Shown: in pieces, positions 13,701-28,700 of the stretch
Numbering within the stretch: position 1 is the first letter of the stretch
Layout: the number at the start of each line of letters is the position of its first letter
Program-made: the position numbers and the translations under genes
Origin: Antedon mediterranea
Lineage: Eukaryota > Animalia > Echinodermata
DNA: 64,000 nt
Assembly: GCF_964355755.1 (NCBI RefSeq)
Contig: NC_092670.1
Location: 17,904,795-17,968,794 of the forward strand
Direction: 5' to 3'
Notes under the pieces: generated by a model
What the model was told of the DNA's origin: nothing
The model's database searches: none
Seen by the model: the letters and a program-made list of their open reading frames with translations, nothing else

Positions 13701-16700
13701 AAAAAATAATTTAACCGAAATACAGATGTTTTTTTGTTCAAAAAATAACTTTGACTTCCAGTCAAAGTTTTCAATCAAAACATATCCCATAATGCAATGC
13801 GCTTGTTTGGCTACTCTGTATGCATAATCATAAACTTCCTCGCGATCTGTCTGAAAACACTTTCTCAACCGTGATGAGTTGTAAACAATCCCAATTAGCA
13901 TCGTGCATAATGCCTACTCATGGTTTGAAATCTTTGTTTACTTTCGCTTGCGACGATTTCTCAGACGAAATGTAATCTAATTAATTTACCTGTTAATTAC
14001 GTAAACTGTTGTTTTTGGCTCGAATTTTAATTATTTTATAGACTCAAAATAATATATCAAATCTCTTATTTAATGTAGATTGGAGAAGCAAGTGGCCTTC
14101 TCAAAAATTTTATAATCGAACCGTTCGTTGCTCACAAGGACGCAGATGAAGTGTACGTTTGCATCTACTGTCAACGAAACTGTGATGTAATCCTCTTCCA
14201 TCATGAGGGCGGTGTTGATATTGGAGATGTAGACGCTAAGGTAAATTATGCTTTCTGACCGTAATAAAGTACTTTAATTTATGTTGCTTTAATAAGACAG
14301 AATCTTGAAATATAGGAATTTTGTATATTAATATACCATAATCTATTATATTACTTTTCACAGGCTGTTAAAATGGAAGTTGAATTAGGTTCAAAGGTCA
14401 CAGCTGCTCAGATCAAAGAAAAGCTTATGTCAAAGGTTATAGCATCAAAACAAGAGTAAGTGTATAAATCAACTTTTTCTTTACTGATATATTTTAGTAC
14501 TGTAACACCAGCTGTGAATACTAAACAAAAATATATTTACTTTTTTTCAGCATGATTGCAAAGTTTGTGGCCCAGTTGTACGAGCAGTTCCAGGCCTTGT
14601 ACTTCACCTACCTTGAAATCAACCCTCTAGGTAAAGTATTACGGATTTTTTCTTCGAAAAATGTAGGATTAATCAACATTGTTTATTACCGATCAAAAAT
14701 ATTAGAAGTGATCCATGTAGAAGTTTTGCGAAAAATTGTGGGGTTTTTTTTAGACTAATTTTCTTCTCAATTATGGATAACCATGCTAATTTTAGTTTAA
14801 TAATAATAGCAATTAAGAACATATTTTAATGAATATCAGATGTCCTTATAAACAGTGACCAGAGACCTGGTTTAGGAACCTAAGTGGCCTTCCAACACTG
14901 GAGGCCTTGGGTGTTTTTAGCATTTTTCGACATTTTAATGCCTGGGCTCTGCTCATAAGCTCCATGGCCGCTGGGTTTAGCCATTGAGCACTCATAGCCG
15001 TTAAGCCACTGCTCATAACGGCTATGAGCAAACTATTGTTTAGAAAATGCTTTAAGACGGTAATTCCATAATGCCTTGGGCTCAATTTTTAAGTTATTTG
15101 TTAATATTCAGTTGTAACTGACAAGATTTACATCCTGGACATGGCAGCCAAACTAGACGCTACAGCTGAGTACCTATGTAAGAGCAAGTGGGGTGAAATT
15201 GAATTCCCTCCCCCATTTGGAAGAGAAGCTTTCCCCGAGGTAAGACTAAATATACCTTTTATCACATGAAACAACATTTTAAAATTAGTTAAAATTTACA
15301 ATGTTCTTTATTTTTACTATAAGTTAAATTGACGATGTTAATTGATAAATGTTTTATAACAAGTTAGAAAGCTTACTGACTCCAAAAGTAGTTAATGGCC
15401 CACTAATGTTTAATCCTCAGTTATAAGCCTACTATTAACTTTAGTGTATAAACTATAATGGGTTTTCTTATAATACAGTACTTACTTACAAGCTCTAATT
15501 GTGTTGGCAACATGACTCAACTCAAGATAGATACTAGCCTACTAAATGATATTTATATGTATATAAGATAAGATAAGATAAGATAACTTTTATTGATCCT
15601 CAAAAAGGAAATTCATTACTTGTCATAATAACAAAGAAAACACAATAAAAACAAATATAGCATATTGTTATTTCTTTATTTTTTTAATTTATTTTTTATT
15701 TATTTATTTATTTTTTTTCTTTTTCCGTGTTTTTTAAATCTAATCTTTGTTTAGGCATGTCTGTCACAAGCTTTTTGCTTTTTTTAACATGCCTTCTTCA
15801 ATCATATTACCTTTCTTTACACCTTTTTGTAGACTGTTTTATTTTGAAGAAAATAAATGTTACTTTGAATTGAATTGAATTGAACCATTCATATAAAAAC
15901 ATCTAAAAAATTACAAGATAAAATTATCTTCTTGACTTCCCGTTGTACTGGATGATACCGGAGGGAATAAAGGATTTAGCAAATCGATTTGTTTTCACAC
16001 TGAGGAGCCTCAATCTACCACTTGGATTAAGTTGGTCTATGATCACTTTGATATTCATGTTATTGCAGGAAGCATACATAGCGGACTTAGATGCTAAGAG
16101 CGGTGCTTCCCTCAAACTGACCATTCTCAACCCCAAGGGCCGTATCTGGACAATGGTAGCCGGTGGAGGGGCATCCGTAATATACAGTGATACCATTTGT
16201 GATCTGGGTGGAGCTAAGGAGCTCGCGAATTACGGAGAATATTCCGGTGCGCCAACCGAGCAACAAACGTTTGAGTATGCCAAGACGTTACTTAGCATGA
16301 TGACCAAGGGAGACGTACGTCCTGATGGAAAAGTTTTGATCATTGGGGGCGGTATTGCAAATTTCACCAATGTGGCATCTACATTTAAGGTACAATTCTA
16401 ATTTTCTATTTGCTCTTCACTTCACCTCTAATATTTTGTGTCAACTCCTGTCTCCTATTAAAGTAACTATAAAATAAAAAACACACAGCCTATAGCGCTG
16501 AATGTGCCTGGTATACAGTATAGCATTTATTTAATGCAAATGCCTAAGTTTTTAAAAAACACCCTCTATGGTGTTTTTTTTTTTTTTTTGGAAAAATTAA
16601 AATCCGGGAAACGTCATAAAAATTTGCGATGACAGGATGTTTTTTCAAATAGAACCCTCTATGATTTGTTGTAAACTCTCCTGTTTTTTTTGGTTGGGAC

Positions 16701-19700
16701 CTGAAATTCCACCATCTTCTTTTACCTTTCATTTTGTAGGGAATTGTACGTGCACTACGACAGTACAAAGCCAAACTACAAGAATATGGAGTGTCAATAT
16801 TTGTGAGAAGAGGTGGACCTAACTACCAAGAGGGATTGAGGGTTATGAGAGAACTTGGTAAGTTAATTAATATTAAATTCATTTAAATGCTAGCACCAAT
16901 GAAAAATAGCCTGGGCTACTAAAGCTATCAGTGCGGTCACCTTATTCTCTGAGGTGAAAATTATAGAATGATTGTATTTTTCTGATGTTTTCCTCTTCAA
17001 ATCCCATTGGCCAATGAATAAGTGTGCAAGTATATAACCTGTGTGGCAAAATTGATAAAATTAAATGTTCCTATATATTTCTGTCTTTGTTTAGGAAGCA
17101 GTCTTGGTGTACCCATCCATGTTTACGGTACCGAGACCCACATGACAGCGATCGTTGGGATGGCGCTAGGTACCCGTGCAATTGAAGACGAAAACAAAGG
17201 AGACCAAATGACTGCTAGTTTCTTATTGGCTGGAAGTGCTGTAAGTTTTTTTTTTTTTGTTATAAGTATTGTCAATTCAAATCCATTTATCATTTTTCTT
17301 ACTACAAACTACCTCTATTATACAGATATTGACTGCTTAGAGGTTAAATATAATATTTTACATCCCCGAGGGAATGATATTTTGTTCGAGGGAATATATA
17401 TTTTTAAAATATAATATTCCCCGAGAACATAATATCATTCCTGAGTGGATGTCAAAACTGTTATTTTACCGATATAAAAGGCGATATCTGTTATGTTATA
17501 TAGCCAACAACAAGTAGAATATCTGCTGGGTCGGGTAGCTAGGCTAGGCCTGCTTTTTTGTATTGTATGTAAATAAGCTGCCTAGACACCTTACCTTGTG
17601 ATGAAATATACAGATAATTACTAATTAATGATTCCTTGGCAATAATATATTCACTTAGGCTTAGGTCGTTTAAATTACTCGAGGATATATACGATTTACG
17701 ATCCTCGCAGCAGTAGTCATGTGATGCAGTTTCAACCAATCGCGTTCATGTATTTACATACGCTATGTAATAATATTACTTTATGTACCATACAGTTTGT
17801 CCTGTACAACATAATGTCTCTTATGGGTCACAAACATACTTTAGAACAAAATAGTAGTTTTTTACATGATTTAAAGTAATGTAAAGTAAGTATTTAAGTA
17901 ATGTTCCAAAAACAAAGAAATAAAGTAAACATGAGTATATTCATTAAATCTTTTTGAAAACGTATGGTATACCGCAAGTTTTACTTAACTTGTGTTTATT
18001 CACCATACAAATCTTAAACACTATTGAAATATTCTACAGATTGTTCTAAATCTACTATACTATAATAAATTCTACTATTCTAAAGACTTTTGTCATTTAA
18101 TTTCATTATAGAAAGACTCGTCGAAATCTCCAACCAGCAAGGAGCAAAGTAAAAGCAGCGTGGCCTGTAAAGAACCATGTTCTCCTACACATACTGACGC
18201 ACCAGCCAAGACACAGCCATGTGCAGGAGCAAGTGATAAAAAGCCTTTATTTACTAATGAAACATGTGTAAGTACACTAACATAAGGTGTGTTCACACAC
18301 ACTTTTGTGAAGCGTGCATGAAATGGATTTCAGCTAAACCGACATAAGTGCTTGAGGGAATAGTTAACTCCATTTACCTTTGTGTTTTTAACTCTGATAT
18401 AACTCTGATGTACCTCCGATTCAAAGAAATATTTGATGATAATGATATGTTTTTTATCCTGTATAAATATGTTTTTAAATAAATGAACGCAGAATAAGCT
18501 AAACCCAAAGATTGACCCTATTTAACTCCAATCGAGAAAAGAGTGTGTAAACGTAGCCTTAATTCAGTGTTATTATTTTAGTATTGAAGTATAACATCTA
18601 GTGCTGTTTCACAACGTTTAATAATTTACAAATTATTTCTTTTGACAGTCTTTGATCTGGGGACTTCAACCAAGAGCTGTACAGGGTATGCTTGACTTTG
18701 ACCATTCTTGCCGTCGAAGAACGCCCTCAGTTGTTGGAATGATATACCCATTTACGTAAGTCAACTTTTATTGCAACAATTGTTTGTAAATTATGTTTAT
18801 GGCTTTTTTACAACTCCGTTTTGTGGAAAAATGTTTACTTTTTCTATTTCGTAGAATCCCTTTTTCATTATTTAAAATGAAGATAGTTTTTTCATTTAAG
18901 CACTAAATTAAAATACACCATTTGTAAATAATGTCACTATTTTCAATTACTATCTAGTGGTGACCACAAGCAGAAGTTTTACTGGGGTCATAAGGAGATT
19001 TTAGTTCCTGTTTACAAGTCGATGGAAAAGGCGATGCAAGCCCACCCAGAGGCTGATGTACTCATCAGTTTTGCATCGTTGAGATCGGCCTACGAAAGTA
19101 CACTTGAAACACTAAGATATAAACAGGTAGGTCAAGTGAATCATTAAGAGTTATGGGTTGTTTTTATATGAAGTAGTAGTTGTCATTTGTATATGTATTG
19201 TATATGAATTTCAAAAAATTATATTAATTTGACAATAAAGTAATCTTGAATCTTGAATGAGAGATTTATATGTTTCAATTATACATGCTTGTTTGCAAAC
19301 CAAAGCCTATATAAATAAAGCAGGCCACATGTGCCTTCTCCCTCACATACTTTTCTATTCCCAGCTGGCTCTATTTAGACTGTTGCATCCACAAAATCAC
19401 ACTTTCAATAAAAATTTGATTTTTAAATAGCATTAGTACAGTATTAGTTAGTACTATTTCCAGTTTATTCATCATCATCACGAATGTTGGATGTCTTGCG
19501 ACATACAGTAGCGCACTTATAATAAGACTTTTCCAATCAGTGATTATTGGCCAAAGTGTGCATAGACTTGTTTATTTTATTCATGAGCCGTACAAATATT
19601 GTTTTTTTTCTTTAGATACGTACAATAGCAATAATAGCAGAAGGTATTCCAGAGAACATGACTCGTCACCTGATAACATTAGCCAATAAACAAGATGTAA

Positions 19701-22700
19701 CAATCATTGGGCCTGCTACCGTAAGTATTCTCTGTATAAGTTTAAATTCAAAGTTTTCAATTTTTCAAACAAATTTAATTTATCACTCAATGTGGCCTCT
19801 TACATTGCATTCACATGTTTTTACTCCTTAAGCTCTGTCTACACTATCAATCTAGTTCGACAAAAAAAGTGTGATGTGCCAAAATATGGTAGTGATATGC
19901 TTAAATATGGTAGCAATTTGACATCATCATGCCCATATATGGGCACATCACATTTTTTTAAACACATAAAGTTTGATAGTGTAGACAGAACGTTAGGATG
20001 ATAAATGCTCTTTTGGGGATTTGGAGGACTGGCTAACCCTGGTACCATCCTAATGATTATGTTTTTGTTGCCTTTTTCTTTACTATACCTAATTCTTTCT
20101 CTTGCAGGTTGGCGGTATCAAACCAGGTTGCTTCAAAATCGGTAACACTGGTGGTATGTTAGACAACATCCTCGCGTCAAAACTATACCGCCCCGGAAGC
20201 GTAGCATACGTATCGCGCTCGGGAGGTATGTCAAATGAACTCAATAACATTGTATCCCGACATACCAATGGCGTCTTTGAAGGCGTAGCCATTGGTGGTG
20301 ATCGATACCCTGGAACAACCTTTATGGATCACATAATACGTTACCATGACGATCCAAATGTTAAGATGCTTGTTATGTTAGGAGAGGTAATGTATTATTT
20401 TTGTCTATTTTTTTACTGCTATAGTATTGTACTTTACTGTCTCTGTGTTGGATAGAATACTCTAGGCACCTTTGATCCTTAAGCTCTGTCTACACTATCA
20501 AACTTTATGTCATCATTTCCATATATGGGCACATCACATTTTTTTGTCGCATAAAATTTGATAGTATCGACGGAGCTTTAGAGGAGAAGAAGGTTATTAA
20601 AAATGTCCATCTAATGTATTTGATATGTCAACAAAGAAACAAATGCTTGATAAAGCTACAGTCAGACTTGCTTTGATTCATGGAACAGAAGACTTCTTTG
20701 AAACGAAGCAAGTCTGAATGTCACTAGCCTAAATGTTATTTATAAAATTGTTTTAGGTTGGTGGTGTCGAGGAATACCAGGTCTGTTCTGCTATTCGTGA
20801 AAAACGACTCACAAAACCATTAGTAGCGTGGTGTATAGGAACGTGTGCCAGTATGTTCACATCAGAGGTTCAGTTCGGACATGCAGGAGCGTGTGCCAAT
20901 GGTGAACAAGAAACAGCACGCGCCAAAAATAAAGCTCTGAAGGAGGTTGGGGCGCATGTACCAAATAGCTTTGACGACCTGGGAGAGAAAATTGGGTATG
21001 TTTGAAATGAATGGTGTACAAAAACACAATCTTAATCAAACGTTTAAACTTATTCCAATTATAAACTTTCAATTGTACACAAAATGTTATTGTTGATTGA
21101 TTTTGATGCAAGACGTTGCAATGCATATTCTATTTGGTTTAGTTCAAAGTGGAGTTATGGCTTGGTGGTTATGATGCTTGACTGCCAATTCAAGGGTTCT
21201 GGGTTCAAGTCCTGTCATGTCAGGATTTTTTCTAATGACAACTTACAACGCCAATCCCAAAGACTTGTTATAAGACTTTGTTTATTTACTGTGTGCTGAG
21301 CATATTGTGTATATGTTTGTCTTGTGAAGAACAGGATTGCCACCTTTAAGAAGGATAGTGAATGAATTTATGGCTATACTTGGCAATTTGCCTAAATATA
21401 TGTAAACAAAACAATAAACAAATTAACATTCTTTTCCTTTTGACATAAACATTGCTGTTTAAAATTGACGTTATCTGACCATTTTTTAACCACTCCTACA
21501 TCTATTTATTATTCTTTTTGCAGTGAAGTGTACAATAAACTTGTTGAGGAAGGAGTAGTTATTCCAAGTGAAGAAGTTCCACCCCCTACAGTACCAATGG
21601 ACTATTCCTGGGCACGAGTAAGTTATGTTTAAACCAACGAGGGGACTAAAGATATATATATATATAACAAGAGCATTTGAGTAAAAAGATAAACAGGATC
21701 AAGAATTGTGATAAAGATCCGTCTTGTAGTTTTGATGTATGGCCTAAATTAGTAAAATGATAAAAAGTTGTCCAGAATTGGAATCCTGGTCCGGATTTCC
21801 CCCATAATTGAATGGAGTCTTCCGTGACCACCTATCTATCTGTGTTTTAAATATGGTAAAGATCCGTCTTGTAGTTTTGACGCACGGCCTAAAATTACTA
21901 AAATGATAACAAGTTGTCCAGAATTGGAATCCTGGTTGGGAGTTAGTCTTTCGTGTCCACATATCTATCTGTGTCCGTCCACACCGCCTTGAGATGGTAT
22001 TAATGTAAATTTCAATTCCTCTAATATGTCCTAGATACAAGACAAAGTATTTTTAATACAGATTAATATATACAAATCTATATTAATCTGTATTAAAAAT
22101 ACTTTGTCTTGTATCTAGGACATATTAGAGGAATTGAAAGTTGTTGCATGTGTAACATCTAGTTTGCATTTTGAAACTGTATAATATAAAGAAGTTTACT
22201 ATCGATATAAAAATGTATCTAGGTCTAACTAGCCTAAATTTGAAAAGACAATTTTTCTTTGCCTTTTATCTAGGAATTGGGATTAATCCGCAAGCCTGCA
22301 TCTTTCATGACAAGTATTGTGGATGAACGTGGTCAAGAGTTAATCTACGCCGGTATGCCGATTACGCAGATTATGAAAGAAGAGATGGGCATTGGTGGCG
22401 TGCTCAGTTTACTTTGGTTCCAACGAAGGTAACATAATCGTCATTAATAATAATGCTCTCATGTGTTGCATTCCTGGTACAGAAAAGTGATTTTAAAAAA
22501 TAATAAATAAAACAAGCTTTTAATGTTTTGCTACAACTTTCTTGTGGAGTAATTCGATCCGTTCTCATTACAACTCAAATATGGAAACAATATCAACTTT
22601 AGTTTCTTTTTTGTGTGTCTGCCATGCAAACCCTTTAAACAGTACAGTCAAATACCGGACACTCTTTAGTCTTGGTTAATGTGTCTTGTTTTCTGAAGAG

Positions 22701-25700
22701 TCTGGTATTCTGAATGTGTTTTAAATGGTAAGAAAGAATATGGTACGTTTTTCAACGTCAAGAAAAGTCCCGTTTCCAGTATTCAAATGCTTACCTTTAC
22801 CTTCAGTGATGTAAAGAGGCAGTGAGTTAAAACTTTTAAGGGTTGCCTCTTCTCTTAGTGTTTGTTATGTGTCTGTCAAAGTTGTTTTTGAATGAGTTGA
22901 TTGATGTACTAAGAACAACATAGTTAGGTAGAGAGTCCGGTATTGACTGTATTACTGTTTTAAAAATTAGTTTTCAAATATGTTTGTGTACAGACTGCCG
23001 TCCTATGCTACAAAGTTCATTGAGATGTGTCTTATGGTAACAGCTGATCATGGCCCAGCAGTATCTGGAGCTCATAATACTATCATCACAGCAAGAGCTG
23101 GCAAAGATCTAGTCTCCTCTCTATGCTCTGGACTTCTAACGATTGTAAGTTTGCTGTTTTTAGTTATAGCCATGCCATGTATGTAGTTGTGATCACACAC
23201 ACTATGGTTAATCCTGCATAGAATGGATTTAAGAAGGTGATGCAAATTGCATCAGAGTTACAACTGACGCAAGTGCTCGTATTAATCAGTTAATTCTGTT
23301 AAACCTCTATGTCATTAACTCTGATAAAACTTGATAATCCTTGATTTTATGTTTGCTTAATGAAAATATAGATTTATTGATTTGATATTCTATATATTAT
23401 ATCTCTTTTAATATACTGTATGAAGCCCTCTTAATATTACAAATAATATGTAGTCCTTTTTAAATTTTAAAGAGCCTAAACACTTGATTGGTGCTACCTA
23501 AATGCCTCTGTTTATTACCGTATATACTCTGGTATATAAAATAAATAAAATGAAATTGGGCCGACTTTGGGGGGTGGGACTATACCCGAAGAAACCCTAG
23601 TTCAGGAAAAAAAAATGGTAAGCATTTCTTTTAAAAACTTATCTGAACTGGCTAGAGAGAGGCCTACATCCAGACAAAAGTCAATACTGGGACTATACCC
23701 GCGGATATGCCTGGCAAATATTGCATAAAGTAGGGGGTGAGATTAGACCTGAAGTGGGATTAGACTAGAAGTAGGATTAGACCCACAGTGGGATTATACT
23801 CAAGGATATTCGGTATATGTACATCATTTTATTTTGCTTGACTTTTTTTCTAAAGGGTGAGCGATTTGGAGGTGCTCTGGATATGGCAGCAAAACAATTT
23901 AGTGAAGCTTATGATTCGAACCTAATCCCCAACGAGTTTGTAAATGAGATGAGGAAACAACATAAACTCATCATGGGCATTGGCCACAGGGTTAAATCGG
24001 TGAGCTTATTTTGATTCTGATAATTTAAATTTCAGACAACAAGATATCTGTGTTCGAATGCTGGTATCAAAATATAATATGTGCTTACAGCATATACCTT
24101 GAATTTTCGACATGTGTCAAGAATCCTATGATGTTATGAGGATATCTACTGAACACCTTTCGAAATCAATGCTTTAGCACTGAAAGTGTCATTCACTATA
24201 AAGACAGAATAAATAAATATCTGTGATTATGAGATTCATATATATTCACTTTGTTGTCCTTCTCATTGTCAACAGGGATGCGCAGAATGACTTTTACACT
24301 CGACAACAGTGTAATCGAGTGGTGCGTGCTGTAATTAAAAACAAAACAAAATTAGCGGGAAAAGAAAACCCAGTTGGGATCCCATGTATAGAAAATAACT
24401 GTTTGTTTGCCCTACTCTGATGTAATTTTACTTTCATTCATTCATCAGTGGAAAATTACTTCCAATTTTGTTTGTATTGCTTTTGATTATTTGCATTGGG
24501 CTGCCTGAAAACAAATATGTTAATAATTATTTGTTTCTTGGAAAATATAATAAGCCAATATTGTCACACAACCTTTCCCTTTAAAAAATGAGTATACTAC
24601 AAATTAAACTGATCAAAAGAGAAAATGAAATAATGTATGCTAATTAAATTGAATTGTTAGCTGAAAGTGATTCGAAATGAGTAATAATTAATCACAAAGT
24701 ATAACAAAATTGGAGCAAAAGAAGATTTTGTTTTATATCATAATGATATTATAATGGTATTATTGATGTTTTACCAAATTTCAATATGTTATTGCCACTG
24801 AGACAATTCTCACAAATGTGTCCACTTCATTTTGGTGAGTGTTAAAAAATGTGAATAAAGTTGAATCATGTGGTACTTACAGTCTGCTATGCTATTGTTT
24901 TGTTTGAACTCTGTATGGCAACTGTTTTAAATTCAAATGCCAAATAAATTAAATTTCCAATTGTAACTATTTGACGAATAAATATCTTGTTATAGAATGT
25001 TGTGCACATATTTGAACCTGCATGCTGATCACCCTCTCATCATAGTTTTTTTATTTCATTTATATATTGTTTCATTTTCTTGTAGATCAACAATCCAGAC
25101 ATGAGGGTGGTGCTTCTTAAAGATTTTGCACAGAAGAACTTTCCAGCCACACCATTGTTGGACTACGCATTGAAGGTGGAGAAGATTACCACCGCTAAGG
25201 TATGATTGTTACCATCACACTATGTGTTCTAGCAGCTAAGGTATGATTGTTACCATCACACTATGTGTTCTAGCAGCTAAGGTATGATTGTTACCATCAC
25301 ACTATGTGTTCTAGCAGCTAAGGTATGATTGTTACCATTACACTATGTGTTCTAGCAGCTAAGGTATGATTGTTACCATCACACTATGTGTTCTAGCAGC
25401 TAAGGTATGATTGTTACCATCACACTATGTGTTGTAGCAGCTAAGGTATGATTGTTAACCATCACACTATGTGTTCTACAGTAGCAGCTAAGGTATGATT
25501 GTTACCATCACACTATGTGTTCTAGCAGCTAAGGTATGATTGTTACCATCACACTATGTGTTCTAGCAGCTAAGGTATGATTGTTACCATCACACTATGT
25601 GTTCTAGCAGCTAAGGTATGATTGTTACCATCACACTATGTGTTCTAGCAGCTAAGGTATGATTGTTACCATCACACTATGTGTTCTAGCAGCTAAGGTA

Positions 25701-28700
25701 TGATTGTTACCATCACACTATGTGTTCTAGCAGCTAAGGTATGATTGTTACCATCACACTATGTGTTCTAGCAGCTAAGGTATGATTGTTACCATCACAC
25801 TATGTGTTGTAGCAGCTAAGGTATGATTGCTACCATCACACTATGTGTTCTAGCAGCTAAGGTATGATTGTTACCATCACACTATGTGTTCTAGCAGCTA
25901 AGGTATGATTGTTACCATCACACTATGTGTTGTAGCAGCTAAGGTATGATTGCTACCATCACACTATGTGTTCTAGCAGCTAAGGTATGATTGCTACCAT
26001 CACACTATGTGTTCTAGCAGCTAAGGTATGATTGTTACCATCACACTATGTGTTCTAGCAGCTAAGGTATGATTGTTACCATCACACTATGTGTTCTACA
26101 GTAGCAGCTAAGTTATGATTGTTACCATCACACTATGTGTTCTAGCAGCTAAGGTATGATTGTTACCATCACACTATGTGTTGTAGCAGCTAAGGTATGA
26201 TTGCTACCATCACACTATGTGTTCTAGCAGCTAAGGTATGATTGTTACCATCACACTATGTGTTGTAGCAGCTAAGGTATGATTGTTAACCATCACACTA
26301 TGTGTTCTACAGTAGCAGCTAAGGTATGATTGTTACCATCACACTATGTGTTCTAGCAGCTAAGGTATGATTGTTACCATCACACTATGTGTTCTAGCAG
26401 CTAAGGTATGATTGTTACCATCACACTATGTGTTCTAGCAGCTAAGGTATGATTGTTACCATCACACTATGTGTTCTAGCAGCTAAGGTATGATTGTTAC
26501 CATCACACTATGTGTTCTAGCAGCTAAGGTATGATTGTTACCATCACACTATGTGTTCTAGCAGCTAAGGTATGATTGTTACCATCACACTATGTGTTCT
26601 AGCAGCTAAGGTATGATTGTTACCATCACACTATGTGTTGTAGCAGCTAAGGTATGATTGCTACCATCACACTATGTGTTCTAGCAGCTAAGGTATGATT
26701 GTTACCATCACACTATGTGTTCTAGCAGCTAAGGTATGATTGTTACCATCACACTATGTGTTGTAGCAGCTAAGGTATGATTGCTACCATCACACTATGT
26801 GTTCTAGCAGCTAAGGTATGATTGCTACCATCACACTATGTGTTCTAGCAGCTAAGGTATGATTGTTACCATCACACTATGTGTTCTAGCAGCTAAGGTA
26901 TGATTGTTACCATCACACTATGTGTTCTACAGTAGCAGCTAAGTTATGATTGTTACCATCACACTATGTGTTCTAGCAGCTAAGGTATGATTGTTACCAT
27001 CACACTATGTGTTGTAGCAGCTAAGGTATGATTGCTACCATCACACTATGTGTTCTAGCAGCTAAGTTATGATTGTTACCATCACACTATGTGTTCTAGC
27101 AGCTAAGGTATGATTGTTACCATCACACTATGTGTTGTAGCAGCTAAGATATGATTGCTACCATCACACTATGTGTTTTAGCAGCTAAGGTATGATTGTT
27201 ACCATCACACTATGTGTTGTAGCAGCTAGGATATGATTGCTGCCATCACACTATGTGTTCTAGCAGCTAAGGTATGATTGTTACCATCACACTATGTGTT
27301 GTAGCAGCTAAGGTATGATTGCTACCATCACACTATGTGTTTTAGCAGCTAAGGTATGATTGTTACCATCACACTATGTGTTCTAGCAGCTAAGGTATGA
27401 TTGTTACCATCACACTATGTGTTCTAGCAGCTAAGGTATGATTGTTACCATCACACTATGTGTTCTAGCAGCTAAGGTATGATTGTTACCATCACACTAT
27501 GTGTTCTAGCAGCTAAGGTATGATTGTTACCATCACACTATGTGTTGTAGCAGCTAAGGTATGATTGCTACCATCACACTATGTGTTCTAGCAGCTAAGG
27601 TATGATTGTTACCATCACACTATGTGTTGTAGCAGCTAAGGTATGATTGCTACCATCACACTATGTGTTTTAGCAGCTAAGGTATGATTGTTACCATCAC
27701 ACTATGTGTTCTAGCAGCTAAGGTATGATTGTTACCATCACACTATGTGTTCTAGCAGCTAAGGTATGATTGCTACCATCACACTATGTGTTCTAGCAGC
27801 TAAGGTATGATTGTTACCATCACACTATGTGTTCTAGCAGCTAAGGTATGATTGCTACCATCACACTATGTGTTCTAGCAGCTAAGGTATGATTGCTACC
27901 ATCACACTATGTGTTCTAGCAGCTAAGGTATGATTGCTACCATCACACTATGTGTTCTAGCAGCTAAGGTATGATTGTTACCATCACACTATGTGTTGTA
28001 GCAGCTAAGGTATGATTGCTACCATCACACTATGTGTTCTAGCAGCTAAGGTATGATTGTTACCATCACACTATGTGTTCTAGCACCTAAGGTATGATTG
28101 TTACCATCACACTATGTGTTCTAGCAGCTAAGGTATGATTGTTACCATCACACTATGTGTTTTAGCAGCTAAGGTATGATTGCTACCATCACACTATGTG
28201 TTCTAGCAGCTAAGGTATGATTGTTACCATCACACTATGTGTTCTAGCAGCTAAGGTATGATTGTTACCATCACACTATGTGTTCTAGCACCTAAGGTAT
28301 GATTGTTACCATCACACTATGTGTTCTAGCACCTAAGGTATGATTGTTACCATCACACTATGTGTTCTAGCAGCTAAGGTATGATTGTTACCATCACACT
28401 ATGTGTTCTAGCAGCTAAGGTATGATTGCTACCATCACACTATGTGTTGTAGCAGCTAAGGTATGATTGCTACCATCACACTATGTGTTCTAGCACCTAA
28501 GGTATGATTGTTACCATCACACTATGTGTTCTAGCAGCTAAGGTATGATTGTTACCATCACACTATGTGTTCTAGCACCTAAGGTATGATTGTTACCATC
28601 ACACTATGTGTTCTAGCAGCTAAGGTATGATTGTTACCATCACACTATGTGTTCTAGCAGCTAAGGTATGATTGTTACCATCACACTATGTGTTCTAGCA

